Below are positions 37,522 to 46,119 of a DNA stretch of 53,474 nucleotides, piece by piece. Below the pieces are notes generated by a model, which was given only the letters and a program-made list of their open reading frames with translations, was not told the origin of the DNA and did not search any database. The DNA comes from Anaerolineae bacterium (GTDB lineage: Bacteria; Chloroflexota; Anaerolineae; B4-G1; SLSP01), in assembly GCA_040774145.1 (NCBI GenBank), contig JAXGUU010000001.1, forward strand, positions 1-53,474, given 5' to 3'. A program made the position numbers and the translations under genes. Position 1 is the stretch's first letter. The number at the start of each line of letters is the position of its first letter.

Positions 37522-39195
37522 ATGCCTGGGGTCACCGTGCGTATCGGCTTGTTAGCGCTATACCTAGCGGGAATGGTTGTCCTAAGCCGGGCCTTGCGCA
37601 ACCGCCTTCCCGTCTCGGACGCCCCAAAGGGTGCGATGGCCGGATCCATGACCGCTTCGCCGTGGTCGGCGATCATCTGGATCTGGGGTCCGACCTTGTG
37701 GTTCGTGCCCGGCCTGCTCTGGTATGGCATTCTCGACCTTCCGTTGTTGCTGTTGTTGCTGTTGAGCCTCTCGCTCCCCTTGACCTGCTATGCCCTGTTC
37801 TTGTGGCGCAGCAGGGTGCTGCCCAGCTATGTTGGAGGCGGCGTCCTTCTGATGACGTTGCTCTTCGTCCTGGTGGCGGTCACGACGCCTGGGCTTTCCC
37901 CCGCCAAGTTCGTGCTCTTCGCGGTCTCGTTGGTGCTGCCGGCTCTCTTCTCCATCTGGCTGCTGACGGTGTGGGCCTTGCAGGTCGTCCCGTTGGGATG
38001 TGCATGTGAAGATCCGTCCTGGCCCATCAGCACGGTCCCGCGTTGGCGCAGGGCGCTCTTTCTGGTACTCGGCTATTTCACCGGGAGGCCAAAGAGCACG
38101 TGGGTCGTCGAGGACGGTCAGCTTCACATGCGGATAGCCGGGAATCCCTGGATGGGATATGGCCCGGGTCTTCTGATCACTGAGCCCGAAAACGTGGTGG
38201 TGCTGACGTCGGGTTCAAAGATCGGGCGCGTCGCCGGGCCCGGCGTCGTGTTCCTGGAGCGCGGCGAGGCACCCTATCGCGTCGTTGACCTGCGCAATCA
38301 GATCCGAAGTGCGCGGGTTGATAGCATTACCTCAGACGGCATCGAAGTGACCACGCAGGTCGCGTGTTCCTTCAGGGTGCGTCGCGGGCAGGCTGAGGTC
38401 CGCCTCGGCGAACCGTGGCCCTACCGGAACCAGCGTGATGTACTGCAGGTTCTCTTCACGGAGGAGGTCGATCCGTCGGGGCGCAGCCCTCTCGACGCAC
38501 ACACCGCCCATCCGTGGGAGGACCTGCCGACGCAGGTCGCAGCCCACAAACTGGAGCAGGCGCTCTCTTTCTATACGCTGGATCAGCTGTATGCAGGCAT
38601 CGTCGATCCCCTCTCCGCCTTAGCGGAGGATGATCCGCAGGTAGCCCTGCTGAAGGTGCACCGGCGTCTCGAGACGGCGCTAGGGCTCCACGCCTCCGAT
38701 CGTCGGCGTGAGGACGATCGCCTGGTCGATCGGTTGACGCGCTCGACGGTGGATGACCTGGTGCAGCGAGCTGTTCGCGCGGCACTGCTGCCGCGGGGTT
38801 TGGAGGCCTACGCCGGACGCATCGTCGGTCCGATCGTGCCCTCAAACCACGGTGTGACGGAGCAGCGTGTCGAGGCGTGGAAGTCACGCTTTATCGTCAA
38901 GGTGATGGACTGGCATGCCGGCGTTGAGCGGAAGCGATTTGCGGCTCTGGAGAAGATTCGCCAGGAGGCGCGTGAGAAGCTACTCGCGGAGATGGTGGAT
39001 GAAACCAGTCGCAGGTTGCAGGCGGGCGGCGCCAGTAACCAACAGGATCTCGTCGCCTACTGTATCCTGAGTATCCTCATCAAGATGGCCGGTGTGCCTG
39101 AGGTTCAGCAACTCCTGCCTGAGTCTGCGATGCCTGCATTGGAGCAGCTGCAGCAGCAGGTTGGCGTCGATCCTGAGCGGAAGGGTGAGCTATGA
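37522..39195 (+). CDS. Polytopic membrane protein with an SPFH/Band-7-like core and a long helical tail (uncharacterised)
   Basis: ATG 37522 behind GGAGGAG. At least five hydrophobic helices lie in the first ~190 aa. The core is NVVVLTSGSKIGRVAGPGVVFLERGEAPYRVVDLRNQIRSARVDSITSDGIEVTTQVACSFRV. The C-terminus is charged and helical (KRFAALEKIRQEAREKLLAEMVDE). Confidence 0.5.
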   Translation: MPGVTVRIGLLALYLAGMVVLSRALRNRLPVSDAPKGAMAGSMTASPWSAIIWIWGPTLWFVPGLLWYGILDLPLLLLLLLSLSLPLTCYALFLWRSRVLPSYVGGGVLLMTLLFVLVAVTTPGLSPAKFVLFAVSLVLPALFSIWLLTVWALQVVPLGCACEDPSWPISTVPRWRRALFLVLGYFTGRPKSTWVVEDGQLHMRIAGNPWMGYGPGLLITEPENVVVLTSGSKIGRVAGPGVVFLERGEAPYRVVDLRNQIRSARVDSITSDGIEVTTQVACSFRVRRGQAEVRLGEPWPYRNQRDVLQVLFTEEVDPSGRSPLDAHTAHPWEDLPTQVAAHKLEQALSFYTLDQLYAGIVDPLSALAEDDPQVALLKVHRRLETALGLHASDRRREDDRLVDRLTRSTVDDLVQRAVRAALLPRGLEAYAGRIVGPIVPSNHGVTEQRVEAWKSRFIVKVMDWHAGVERKRFAALEKIRQEAREKLLAEMVDETSRRLQAGGASNQQDLVAYCILSILIKMAGVPEVQQLLPESAMPALEQLQQQVGVDPERKGEL

Positions 39196-40544
39196 ACCTC
39201 TCCAAGGTCCTGATCCCGGTCATCATTGGGGCTCTCTTCCTAGCGTTTGCGGCCTCGCTGCCGATCGTGTTGTGGAGTGAGGCCGGCTACACGATCCGTC
39301 CTGTGGATCAGATTGACTTTCTGGTACTGGTTGCCGGCTTCGGTATCGCGCTGGTGACCGCTTCCGGTCATATGATGCGGGTCTTGCGACAGTATTCGCA
39401 GGCGTTGCATGACGTGAGCTCTGAGGACGCTGCGAGCCTGGTTGACCGTATGGTGCTTGGATCGGATCCCTACGCCGTGCGCGCTCCTGTGCTGCGCGTG
39501 CAGGCAGGCCAGGTCGATCTTGATGGCCCTCCGATTGTCCATAAGGTCGGTGGCCCGGCCAAGCTCAGCGTCGATCTCCACAACGTCGTGGTCACCAGCC
39601 GGATGGGTACGTTGTATCGTATTCTGGGCCCCGGATTCCACGACCTGGAGGCCTTTGAGCGTGTTTGGGACGTCGTTGACCTGCGTCCTCAGCGGCGCAC
39701 GCTGACGGTGGAGTTCGTGACCCGGGATGGGATCCCCGCTTCGTGTCAGGTCAGCATCGTCTGCCGTATCGCGCCGCCGGGCGATGGCGCGTCGAGCTCG
39801 CGCGAGACGGATGCGCCGCCCTCCTTCGGCTATGATGTTGAGGCGATTCTCAATGTGACGACCTCCAAATGCGTGCGCAAGGTAGAGGGTAGTCATCGGG
39901 TGATAGACTGGGTGACCGGCATCGTGAGTGATGTGCTGGAGGCGACGGTGCGCGACCGGTTGGAGGCCCACCATCTCGATGAGTTCCTCAACCCGCAGTA
40001 CGGGCTCGAGGACGAGGATGGCCCACCCAGGATCGCGACGAGCCCGAAGCTGATCACCGATCTGGAATCCGAGATTGAGGGTGAGGTGCGGGCCAAGGCT
40101 CGAGAACGGGGTGTGGTCGTCGATCGTGTTGAGATGGGCACCGTGCGCCCTGCGGAGGATGCGATCTCGCGGCAGTGGTTGGAGTTCTGGCAGGCTAAGC
40201 TGCAGAAGGGCATTGACCGGTATACGATGGAGGCTCAAGCCTCACACGAGCAGCTCGCCGCTAACGCGCGTTTCGAGGCCCGTGTCACGTTTGTGAACCG
40301 CATGCTGGAGGAGATGCAGTCCTATCATGAGGAGGGGCTGACCGTACCACCGCAGCTGGTCATCGCCAGCTTCATGGAGGTGCTCCACTCGATGGGGAAC
40401 CTGTGGCCCGAAGCACGTCAGGTGCTCATGCGTGAGGCCGGGAACCTGATGCGCGTCGTCGAGGCGCTGCAGGAGGGCGACGCGCGGGGTCCCGCGTCGT
40501 CGCCGCCGTCGCTGCCGGATGAGCGGCAGACACGCTCACGCTAG
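39192..40544 (+). CDS. Membrane protein (two TM helices) with an SPFH/Band-7-like core; divergent paralogue of the preceding gene (uncharacterised)
   Basis: The ATG overlaps the upstream stop (ATGA). TM helices VLIPVIIGALFLAFAASLPIVLW and FLVLVAGFGIALVTASG. The core is NVVVTSRMGTLYRILGPGFHDLEAFERVWDVVDLRPQRRTLTVEFVTRDGIPASCQVSIVCRI. Confidence 0.5.
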   Translation: MNLSKVLIPVIIGALFLAFAASLPIVLWSEAGYTIRPVDQIDFLVLVAGFGIALVTASGHMMRVLRQYSQALHDVSSEDAASLVDRMVLGSDPYAVRAPVLRVQAGQVDLDGPPIVHKVGGPAKLSVDLHNVVVTSRMGTLYRILGPGFHDLEAFERVWDVVDLRPQRRTLTVEFVTRDGIPASCQVSIVCRIAPPGDGASSSRETDAPPSFGYDVEAILNVTTSKCVRKVEGSHRVIDWVTGIVSDVLEATVRDRLEAHHLDEFLNPQYGLEDEDGPPRIATSPKLITDLESEIEGEVRAKARERGVVVDRVEMGTVRPAEDAISRQWLEFWQAKLQKGIDRYTMEAQASHEQLAANARFEARVTFVNRMLEEMQSYHEEGLTVPPQLVIASFMEVLHSMGNLWPEARQVLMREAGNLMRVVEALQEGDARGPASSPPSLPDERQTRSR

Positions 40545-40558
40545 GCTGCGATTGAGAT

Positions 40559-41596
40559 ATGCCCTGGATCTCGCTCCCCAAGGAACTGTCGCTGCCGTAC
40601 TTGCTCGACTTTCGTGGCATTGCGGCGCCACTGCGCGATCGTTTCGAGGGTCTGCTGGCCCAGTTCGACCAGGATGACCCCGAGGGGGCGTTAGCCTCGG
40701 CGGACATCTGCTATGGATCGGCCAAGCGCGGCTTCGATCGCTATGGGCAGGCGCTCGCACTGGTGCTTGAGGCCGAGGCCCACCGCCGCCTGGCCTGCTG
40801 GGAGGAGGGCCTCGATGCGATCCGTCACGCTCTGCGGTGGCTTGAGCTTCAGGTTACTCCATGGAGTCGCTACAACGAGGCACTCACCGCCTACCTGGAA
40901 GGCGTGATTCATATCACTCTTCAATCGTGGGGGCGGGCCGAACAGACCTTCGCTTACGCTCAGCATCTCCTCGTGGAGAGCGAGAGGAGTTGGAGTGTGG
41001 AGGGGCACGCGGGGCGGGCTGCCGACTGCCGGAATCTGGTCCGCTGGATGGCGCAGCTGCTGGACCTTCGGGCGACCTCTCGTCCTCATCCCACCACGGC
41101 GATTCTGCCGGTCTATGAGTTCGTCGATCGGGTACTGATCCGGACGGACGTTCTGGCGGTGACGACACGCTCGCTTGCTATACCTGCTGAGGCGTTGGCT
41201 CCCTATCTCCCGTTTTCGCCGGAGAGCCGGCAGCGCGCAGACACATCGGGGGAGGAAGGACGGCTTGTGTTACCGCTGCACTCTGCTATGCTACCGTTTC
41301 CATACCTCGATCCGTCCGGTGCCTACGTCGCCGTTCGCGCGCCGGTCGACGGGAGCCTATGGGATCAGGATAGAAAGGGAGATGTGTTGATCATCGAGGT
41401 GACCGGTGGAATTGACGCTTCGGAGAGTACTTCGGAGGACGCGGCGTTGACTGCCGATGTGCCCTTTGAGCGTCGAAGTGATGGGAAGATCGTCGTAGGC
41501 GTTGGCCTACAGGATGCTCGGCGTAGCTTGTGGCCTGTGGGTTGTGCCTTCGTCGGGATTCCTCGTGTGTTGATCAGGGAGGGGGAGCAGAGATGA
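40559..41596 (+). CDS. Hypothetical soluble protein (helical N-half, beta-rich C-half); no family recognised
   Basis: 345-aa ORF 14 nt after the previous gene. Its stop overlaps the next ATG (ATGA at 41593-41596). It has no TM segment and no clear Shine-Dalgarno sequence. Confidence 0.45.
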   Translation: MPWISLPKELSLPYLLDFRGIAAPLRDRFEGLLAQFDQDDPEGALASADICYGSAKRGFDRYGQALALVLEAEAHRRLACWEEGLDAIRHALRWLELQVTPWSRYNEALTAYLEGVIHITLQSWGRAEQTFAYAQHLLVESERSWSVEGHAGRAADCRNLVRWMAQLLDLRATSRPHPTTAILPVYEFVDRVLIRTDVLAVTTRSLAIPAEALAPYLPFSPESRQRADTSGEEGRLVLPLHSAMLPFPYLDPSGAYVAVRAPVDGSLWDQDRKGDVLIIEVTGGIDASESTSEDAALTADVPFERRSDGKIVVGVGLQDARRSLWPVGCAFVGIPRVLIREGEQR

Positions 41597-42528
41597 CGTA
41601 CGGAGAACACCACGTGCTGGTGATTGGCGCTGCCGGGCTTGACCTCAAGGTCCGTCCCCGCTCGGCCAACGTACAGCCTGCGCGCTCCAATCCCAGTGAG
41701 AACCGTTGGGGTTGGGGTGGCGTGGCACGTAACATCGCCGAGAATCTCGCGCGCCTGGGAGCGGACGTGCACTTCATCACGGCTGTCGGTGATGACTGGT
41801 GGGGTCGGACTATGTTGGGTCGGTTGCGTGAACTCGGTATCAACACTGAAGATGCTGTGCTGTCGGCGGAGCGACCGACGGCATCCTACGTCGCGCTCTA
41901 TGATCGTCAGAAGCGGCTGCAGGTCGCCTATGACGATATGTCGATCATGCAGGAGATCACGCCGGGCCATCTGAATCGACTGCGGCGCCTGATACGGAGC
42001 TCTGATATGGTCTGTATCGATGCGAACCTCTCGCCCCGTGCTCTGCAGACCCTCTTTCGGCTGACGACGCAGTATGATGTGCCGGTCTGTGCAGACCCAA
42101 CCGCGGCATTGTTGGCACACCGGTTGTGTCCGCATCTCCCCGCCATCACGGCGATCACGCCCGACTGCGCCGAGGCTGCTGCGATGCTGGGGTGCGACGT
42201 GAATGATGAGACCGAGATCAGCTCTGCGGCGCGGGCTCTGGTACAGGGCGGCGTAGAGCTGGCGATCATCACCCTGGGCGCCGAGGGACTCTACTATGCG
42301 ACCAGCGAGGAGAGTGGGCGCGTCCCGGCGTTCAAGGTGGATGTCGTTGATCCCACCGGCGCGGGCGATGCCTTGACGGCAGCTGTGGCCTATGGGTTGC
42401 TTGAGGGCGTCTCGCCGGAGGAAGCGGTTCGATTGGGGATGGCGGCAGCTACCCAGACGATCACCTGTCGTGACACCGTCTGCACCGACCTCAATGCGGA
42501 AGTACTCTACGACCGATTGGTGATGTAG
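41593..42528 (+). CDS. PfkB-family carbohydrate/nucleoside kinase (pseudouridine-kinase-like)
   Basis: VLVIGAAGLDL, GGVARNIAENLARLG, DPTGAGDALTAAV. ATG 41593 is internal to track ORF 41530..42528. Confidence 0.8.
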   Translation: MTYGEHHVLVIGAAGLDLKVRPRSANVQPARSNPSENRWGWGGVARNIAENLARLGADVHFITAVGDDWWGRTMLGRLRELGINTEDAVLSAERPTASYVALYDRQKRLQVAYDDMSIMQEITPGHLNRLRRLIRSSDMVCIDANLSPRALQTLFRLTTQYDVPVCADPTAALLAHRLCPHLPAITAITPDCAEAAAMLGCDVNDETEISSAARALVQGGVELAIITLGAEGLYYATSEESGRVPAFKVDVVDPTGAGDALTAAVAYGLLEGVSPEEAVRLGMAAATQTITCRDTVCTDLNAEVLYDRLVM

Positions 42529-42548
42529 TTATCCTCATAGGGAGTGCT

Positions 42549-43556
42549 ATGAAAGCGCTTACGATTGATCGCCCCCACGAAGCTCGTGTGATTGACGTCC
42601 CGGCGCCCACGCCGGGGCCCGATGAGGTGCTGGTGCGAGTCGCTGCGTGCGGCATCTGCGGCACCGACGTCCACATTCTGCGGGGTGAGTACCTGGGCGA
42701 CTACCCGATCATTCCCGGTCACGAGTTTGCAGGCGAGGTCGCCGCCGTCGGTGCACAGGTCACGCGGTTTCGCGTGGGGGATCGCGTGGCCGTCGAGCCC
42801 AATATCGCCTGTGATAACTGCGTCAACTGCCTCAACAATCGCCAGAACTTCTGCCTGAACTGGCAGGCGGTCGGGGTCACGCGGGCGGGGGGGATGGCCG
42901 AGTATGTGACCGCACCGGAGAAGGTCGTCTTCGACATCGGATCGCTGTCGTATGAAGCCGGTGCCTTCGTCGAACCGCTGAGCTGCGTCATCCACGGGAT
43001 CGAGCGAGCCGAGATTCGCCTGACCGATCGTGTCGCTCTCCTGGGAGCGGGGCCGATCGGCCTGCTGCTGCTTCAGGTCGCTCGTCTTCGGGGCGCGGCC
43101 CATATCACCGTTGTGGAGCGCCAGCCGGCGCGCGCCGAGTTGGCCAGGAAGCTGGGCGCTGATGTATGGGCGCGGGATCTGAGCGAACTCGACCCGGCGT
43201 CATATGACGTCGTCGTTGATGCGACCGGTGTGCTCTCGGTCATGGCTCACGCAGTGGTGCTCGCACGTAAGGGGGGCACCATCCTGCTCTTCGGCGTGCC
43301 CCCGCGTGGGCGTGAGTTGAGTCTGGATGCGTTTGCGATCTTTGAAAAGGGCCTCACGATCCGCTCGTCCTTCACCTCGCTGCGCAACTCCTATCAGGCC
43401 ATCGAGTTGCTCGCCACGGGCGGTGTCCGGGTGGACGATCTCATCTCCCACCGGTTGCCGCTTGAGCAGTTTGCGCGCGGCGTCGAGATGATCGAACAGG
43501 GGCTGGAGGGCGTCAAGAAGGTCCTGATGGTGCCCGATGTCGGATTTGGCGCTTGA
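42549..43556 (+). CDS. Zinc-dependent medium-chain alcohol / polyol / threonine dehydrogenase
   Basis: CGICGTDVHILRGE, GHEFAGEV, structural-Zn Cys cluster CDNCVNCLNNRQNFC, LLGAGPIGLL. Confidence 0.85.
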   Translation: MKALTIDRPHEARVIDVPAPTPGPDEVLVRVAACGICGTDVHILRGEYLGDYPIIPGHEFAGEVAAVGAQVTRFRVGDRVAVEPNIACDNCVNCLNNRQNFCLNWQAVGVTRAGGMAEYVTAPEKVVFDIGSLSYEAGAFVEPLSCVIHGIERAEIRLTDRVALLGAGPIGLLLLQVARLRGAAHITVVERQPARAELARKLGADVWARDLSELDPASYDVVVDATGVLSVMAHAVVLARKGGTILLFGVPPRGRELSLDAFAIFEKGLTIRSSFTSLRNSYQAIELLATGGVRVDDLISHRLPLEQFARGVEMIEQGLEGVKKVLMVPDVGFGA

Positions 43557-43580
43557 CATCCGAGAGATCGATGGTACCCT
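43553..43580 (+). promoter_or_regulatory. Candidate promoter TTGACA-16 nt (with TGn)-TACCCT for the his leader
   Basis: TTGACA at 43553-43558 overlaps the ADH stop. TG at 43572-43573. TACCCT at 43575-43580 fits the TAnnnT pattern. Confidence 0.4.
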
Positions 43581-43707
43581 TGTGAGGATGATGAAACCTA
43601 ACGAGGTTCGCCGCTTGCACGCTCATGCGAGGATGACACCGCCCGATTCGGGAGGTGTGGCTTCGCGCACCTAGCGAGACCCCGCCACGGTTGAACAGAT
43701 CGACCAC

Positions 43708-43739
43708 AAAAGCCCCCCGGATTGGACCGGGGGGCTTTT
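43708..43739 (+). terminator. Strong intrinsic terminator 16 nt upstream of the hisG ATG
   Basis: AAAAGCCCCCCGG (43708-43720) pairs with CCGGGGGGCTTTT (43727-43739) around a 6-nt loop. The U-run follows on the + strand and an A-run precedes, so it can act in both directions. Confidence 0.75.
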
Positions 43740-43755
43740 CACATGAGGAGGAGCT

Positions 43756-44766
43756 ATGAGTGAACGGGAGGAGATCCGGCTGTCGTTGCCGAGTAAAGGG
43801 CGCCTGGCCGAAGAGGCCATCGAGTTCTTAGCAGCCTGTGGACTGAAGGTTCATAAGCCTAATCCGCGGCAGTATGCGGCGTCGGTGCCGGCCCTGCCCG
43901 GGCTGACGGTGATCTTTCAGCGTCCCACCGACATCGTTGTGAGTGTGCGTGACGGCAGCGTCGACTTCGGCGTGACGGGGTTGGATGTCACATTGGAGTA
44001 TGGTGGCGCCGCCGACGAGGTCCTGGTGCTGCACGAGGCCCTGGGATTCGGAGGGTGTCGTCTTGCCGTGGCCGTGCCGGAGGCCTGGTCGGAAGTCCGG
44101 TCACTCTCCGATCTGGTCACCGCCACGCACGCTATGCCACGCCCTCTACGGGTAGCGACGAAGTTCACGCACCTGACGGAGGCGTTCTTCGCCGAGCGGG
44201 AGATGGGGCCTTTCGAGCTCGTCTATGCGGAGGGTACGCTTGAGGTCGCGCCTGCCATCGGTCACGCCGACTGCATCGTGGACCTGGTCTCCTCGGGACA
44301 GACGCTGCAGGACAATCGGTTGAGGGCCCTCGATGGCGGCGTGATCCTGCGCTCGCAGGCGGCGTTGGTGGCCAATCGAGCTGCCCTGCGGTCGCGGCCC
44401 GAGGTACTGGACATCGCCCGGACCTTGCTCGAGTTCACTGAGGCGCACCTGCGGGCTCAGGATCACCTGCTCGTCGTGGCAAATATGCGCGGGGAATCGC
44501 CGCGGGCGATTGCCGACCGGATGTCCGATCAACCGATGCTCGGTGGCCTTCAGGGGCCGACCGTCTCGCCCGTGATGGTCGCCGATGGGAATCCCAACTG
44601 GTACGCGGTTCAGATTGTCGTGCGCCGCGACGCGCTGATCGAGGCCATCGCTGAGTTGCGCTCGATCGGCGGCAGCGGTGTGGTGGTCACCCCGGTGACC
44701 TATATCTTCGAGGAAGAGCCGGATCGCTATCGTGCGATGATGGCGGCGGTACAGGAGGTGGCGTGA
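43756..44766 (+). CDS. hisG: ATP phosphoribosyltransferase, long form with a C-terminal regulatory domain
   Basis: RLSLPSKGRLAEEAIEFL. 336 aa. First gene of the his operon, with GAGGAGG in front. Confidence 0.9.
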   Translation: MSEREEIRLSLPSKGRLAEEAIEFLAACGLKVHKPNPRQYAASVPALPGLTVIFQRPTDIVVSVRDGSVDFGVTGLDVTLEYGGAADEVLVLHEALGFGGCRLAVAVPEAWSEVRSLSDLVTATHAMPRPLRVATKFTHLTEAFFAEREMGPFELVYAEGTLEVAPAIGHADCIVDLVSSGQTLQDNRLRALDGGVILRSQAALVANRAALRSRPEVLDIARTLLEFTEAHLRAQDHLLVVANMRGESPRAIADRMSDQPMLGGLQGPTVSPVMVADGNPNWYAVQIVVRRDALIEAIAELRSIGGSGVVVTPVTYIFEEEPDRYRAMMAAVQEVA

Positions 44767-46115
44767 TGATCACGATCTATGATGACTTGGCACAGGGGGC
44801 GCGCATCCTCACGCGGCGCTCGATGCTGACGGTGGAGGATGTGCCCGAGGTGGTTCTTGCGAGCATCGAGCGCGTTTTCGGTGATCGGCTGACGCCCGAA
44901 GATGCGGTTGCGCGCCTGCTCTCCGAGGTCCGCTCGCGTGGCGACGACGCGCTACGGGAGTGGACGCAGCGCATCGATGGGGTTGCCCTCGATGCCCTTG
45001 AGGTCCCCAAGGCCACCTGGGAAGCTGCTTACCAGGGCTTGGCGCCCGAGCTCCAGGCGGCACTTCAGCGCTCCACTGAGCGTATCCGCGACTTTCACGC
45101 TCGCCAGCCGGTGCCGAACTGGACGACCACTGAGATGGGCGGCATGTTGGGACAGCGTCTCGTCCCGCTGGAGCGCGTAGGGCTCTACGTGCCGGGGGGG
45201 ACAGCGCCTCTGCCCTCGTCGCTGTTGATGGGGGCGGTGCCGGCGCAGGTGGCGGGCGTCTGCGAGATCATCGTCTGCACGCCTGCCGACCGCGAGACAG
45301 GCGAGGCTTCGCCTCTGATCTTGGCGGCAGCCTACGTTGCCGGTGTCGATCGGGTCTTCACGCTGGGCGGCGCCCTGGCGGTAGCGGCCCTTGCCTTCGG
45401 GACCGAGGGTGTCCCGCGTGTGGACAAGGTCGTAGGTGCCGGCGGGCTCTTTACGACGGTTGCCAAGCGCCAGGTCTACGGCATTGTGGGGCTGGACGGC
45501 CTCTACGGCCCGACGGAGACGGTGGTGGTCGCGGATGATACTGCCAATCCTGCATGGGTTGCGGCGGACCTGCTGGCTCAGGCGGAGCATGACGTGTTGG
45601 CCACGGCGATCCTGCTGACGCCGTCACGAGCGCTGGCTGAGGCCGTTCAGGCCGAGGTCGCAGAGCAGATCAGGACCCTCAGCCGCGCCGATGTGGTCGT
45701 GACTTCACTCGCCGGTCAGGGCGGTATCGTGCTGACGCCGGATCTGGCGGCGGCGGTGCGCGCCGCGGACGACTTCGCTCCCGAGCACCTGTGTCTCTCC
45801 ATGGAGAATCCCGTGGCGTGGGCCGAGAAGATCCATCACGCCGGAGGCATCTTCCTCGGCGAACACTCCTGCGAGGTGTTGGGCGACTACGTGGCGGGTC
45901 CCAGCCACATCATGCCGACCGGCGGCACGGCGCGCTTCAAAGGGCCGGTCAACGTGCTGGATTTCGTCAAGGTCGTCAATCTGATCGGCCTGGATGCTGA
46001 GACGGCCCAGACCCTTGCCGTCGATGCCGATCTACTAGCGACGGCTGAGTCGCTTACGGCGCACGCCCGGGCAGCGCGCTTTCGGGCGACGGGCGATACA
46101 CAGCCGCAGGGGTGA
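44766..46115 (+). CDS. hisD: Histidinol dehydrogenase
   Basis: [20 protein letters not shown] 44766 shares a base with the hisG stop. The track start is GTG 44763. Confidence 0.92.
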   Translation: MITIYDDLAQGARILTRRSMLTVEDVPEVVLASIERVFGDRLTPEDAVARLLSEVRSRGDDALREWTQRIDGVALDALEVPKATWEAAYQGLAPELQAALQRSTERIRDFHARQPVPNWTTTEMGGMLGQRLVPLERVGLYVPGGTAPLPSSLLMGAVPAQVAGVCEIIVCTPADRETGEASPLILAAAYVAGVDRVFTLGGALAVAALAFGTEGVPRVDKVVGAGGLFTTVAKRQVYGIVGLDGLYGPTETVVVADDTANPAWVAADLLAQAEHDVLATAILLTPSRALAEAVQAEVAEQIRTLSRADVVVTSLAGQGGIVLTPDLAAAVRAADDFAPEHLCLSMENPVAWAEKIHHAGGIFLGEHSCEVLGDYVAGPSHIMPTGGTARFKGPVNVLDFVKVVNLIGLDAETAQTLAVDADLLATAESLTAHARAARFRATGDTQPQG

Positions 46116-46119
46116 GGCG

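Noticed and set aside
43587-43707. Calling the his leader a T-box, or a classical His-codon leader-peptide attenuator
   Set aside because: GGGAGGTGTGGCTTCGCG only vaguely resembles the T-box core (GGGTGGTACCGCG). It is too far from the terminator, and no Stem I features could be traced. The small ORFs in the leader contain no run of His codons.
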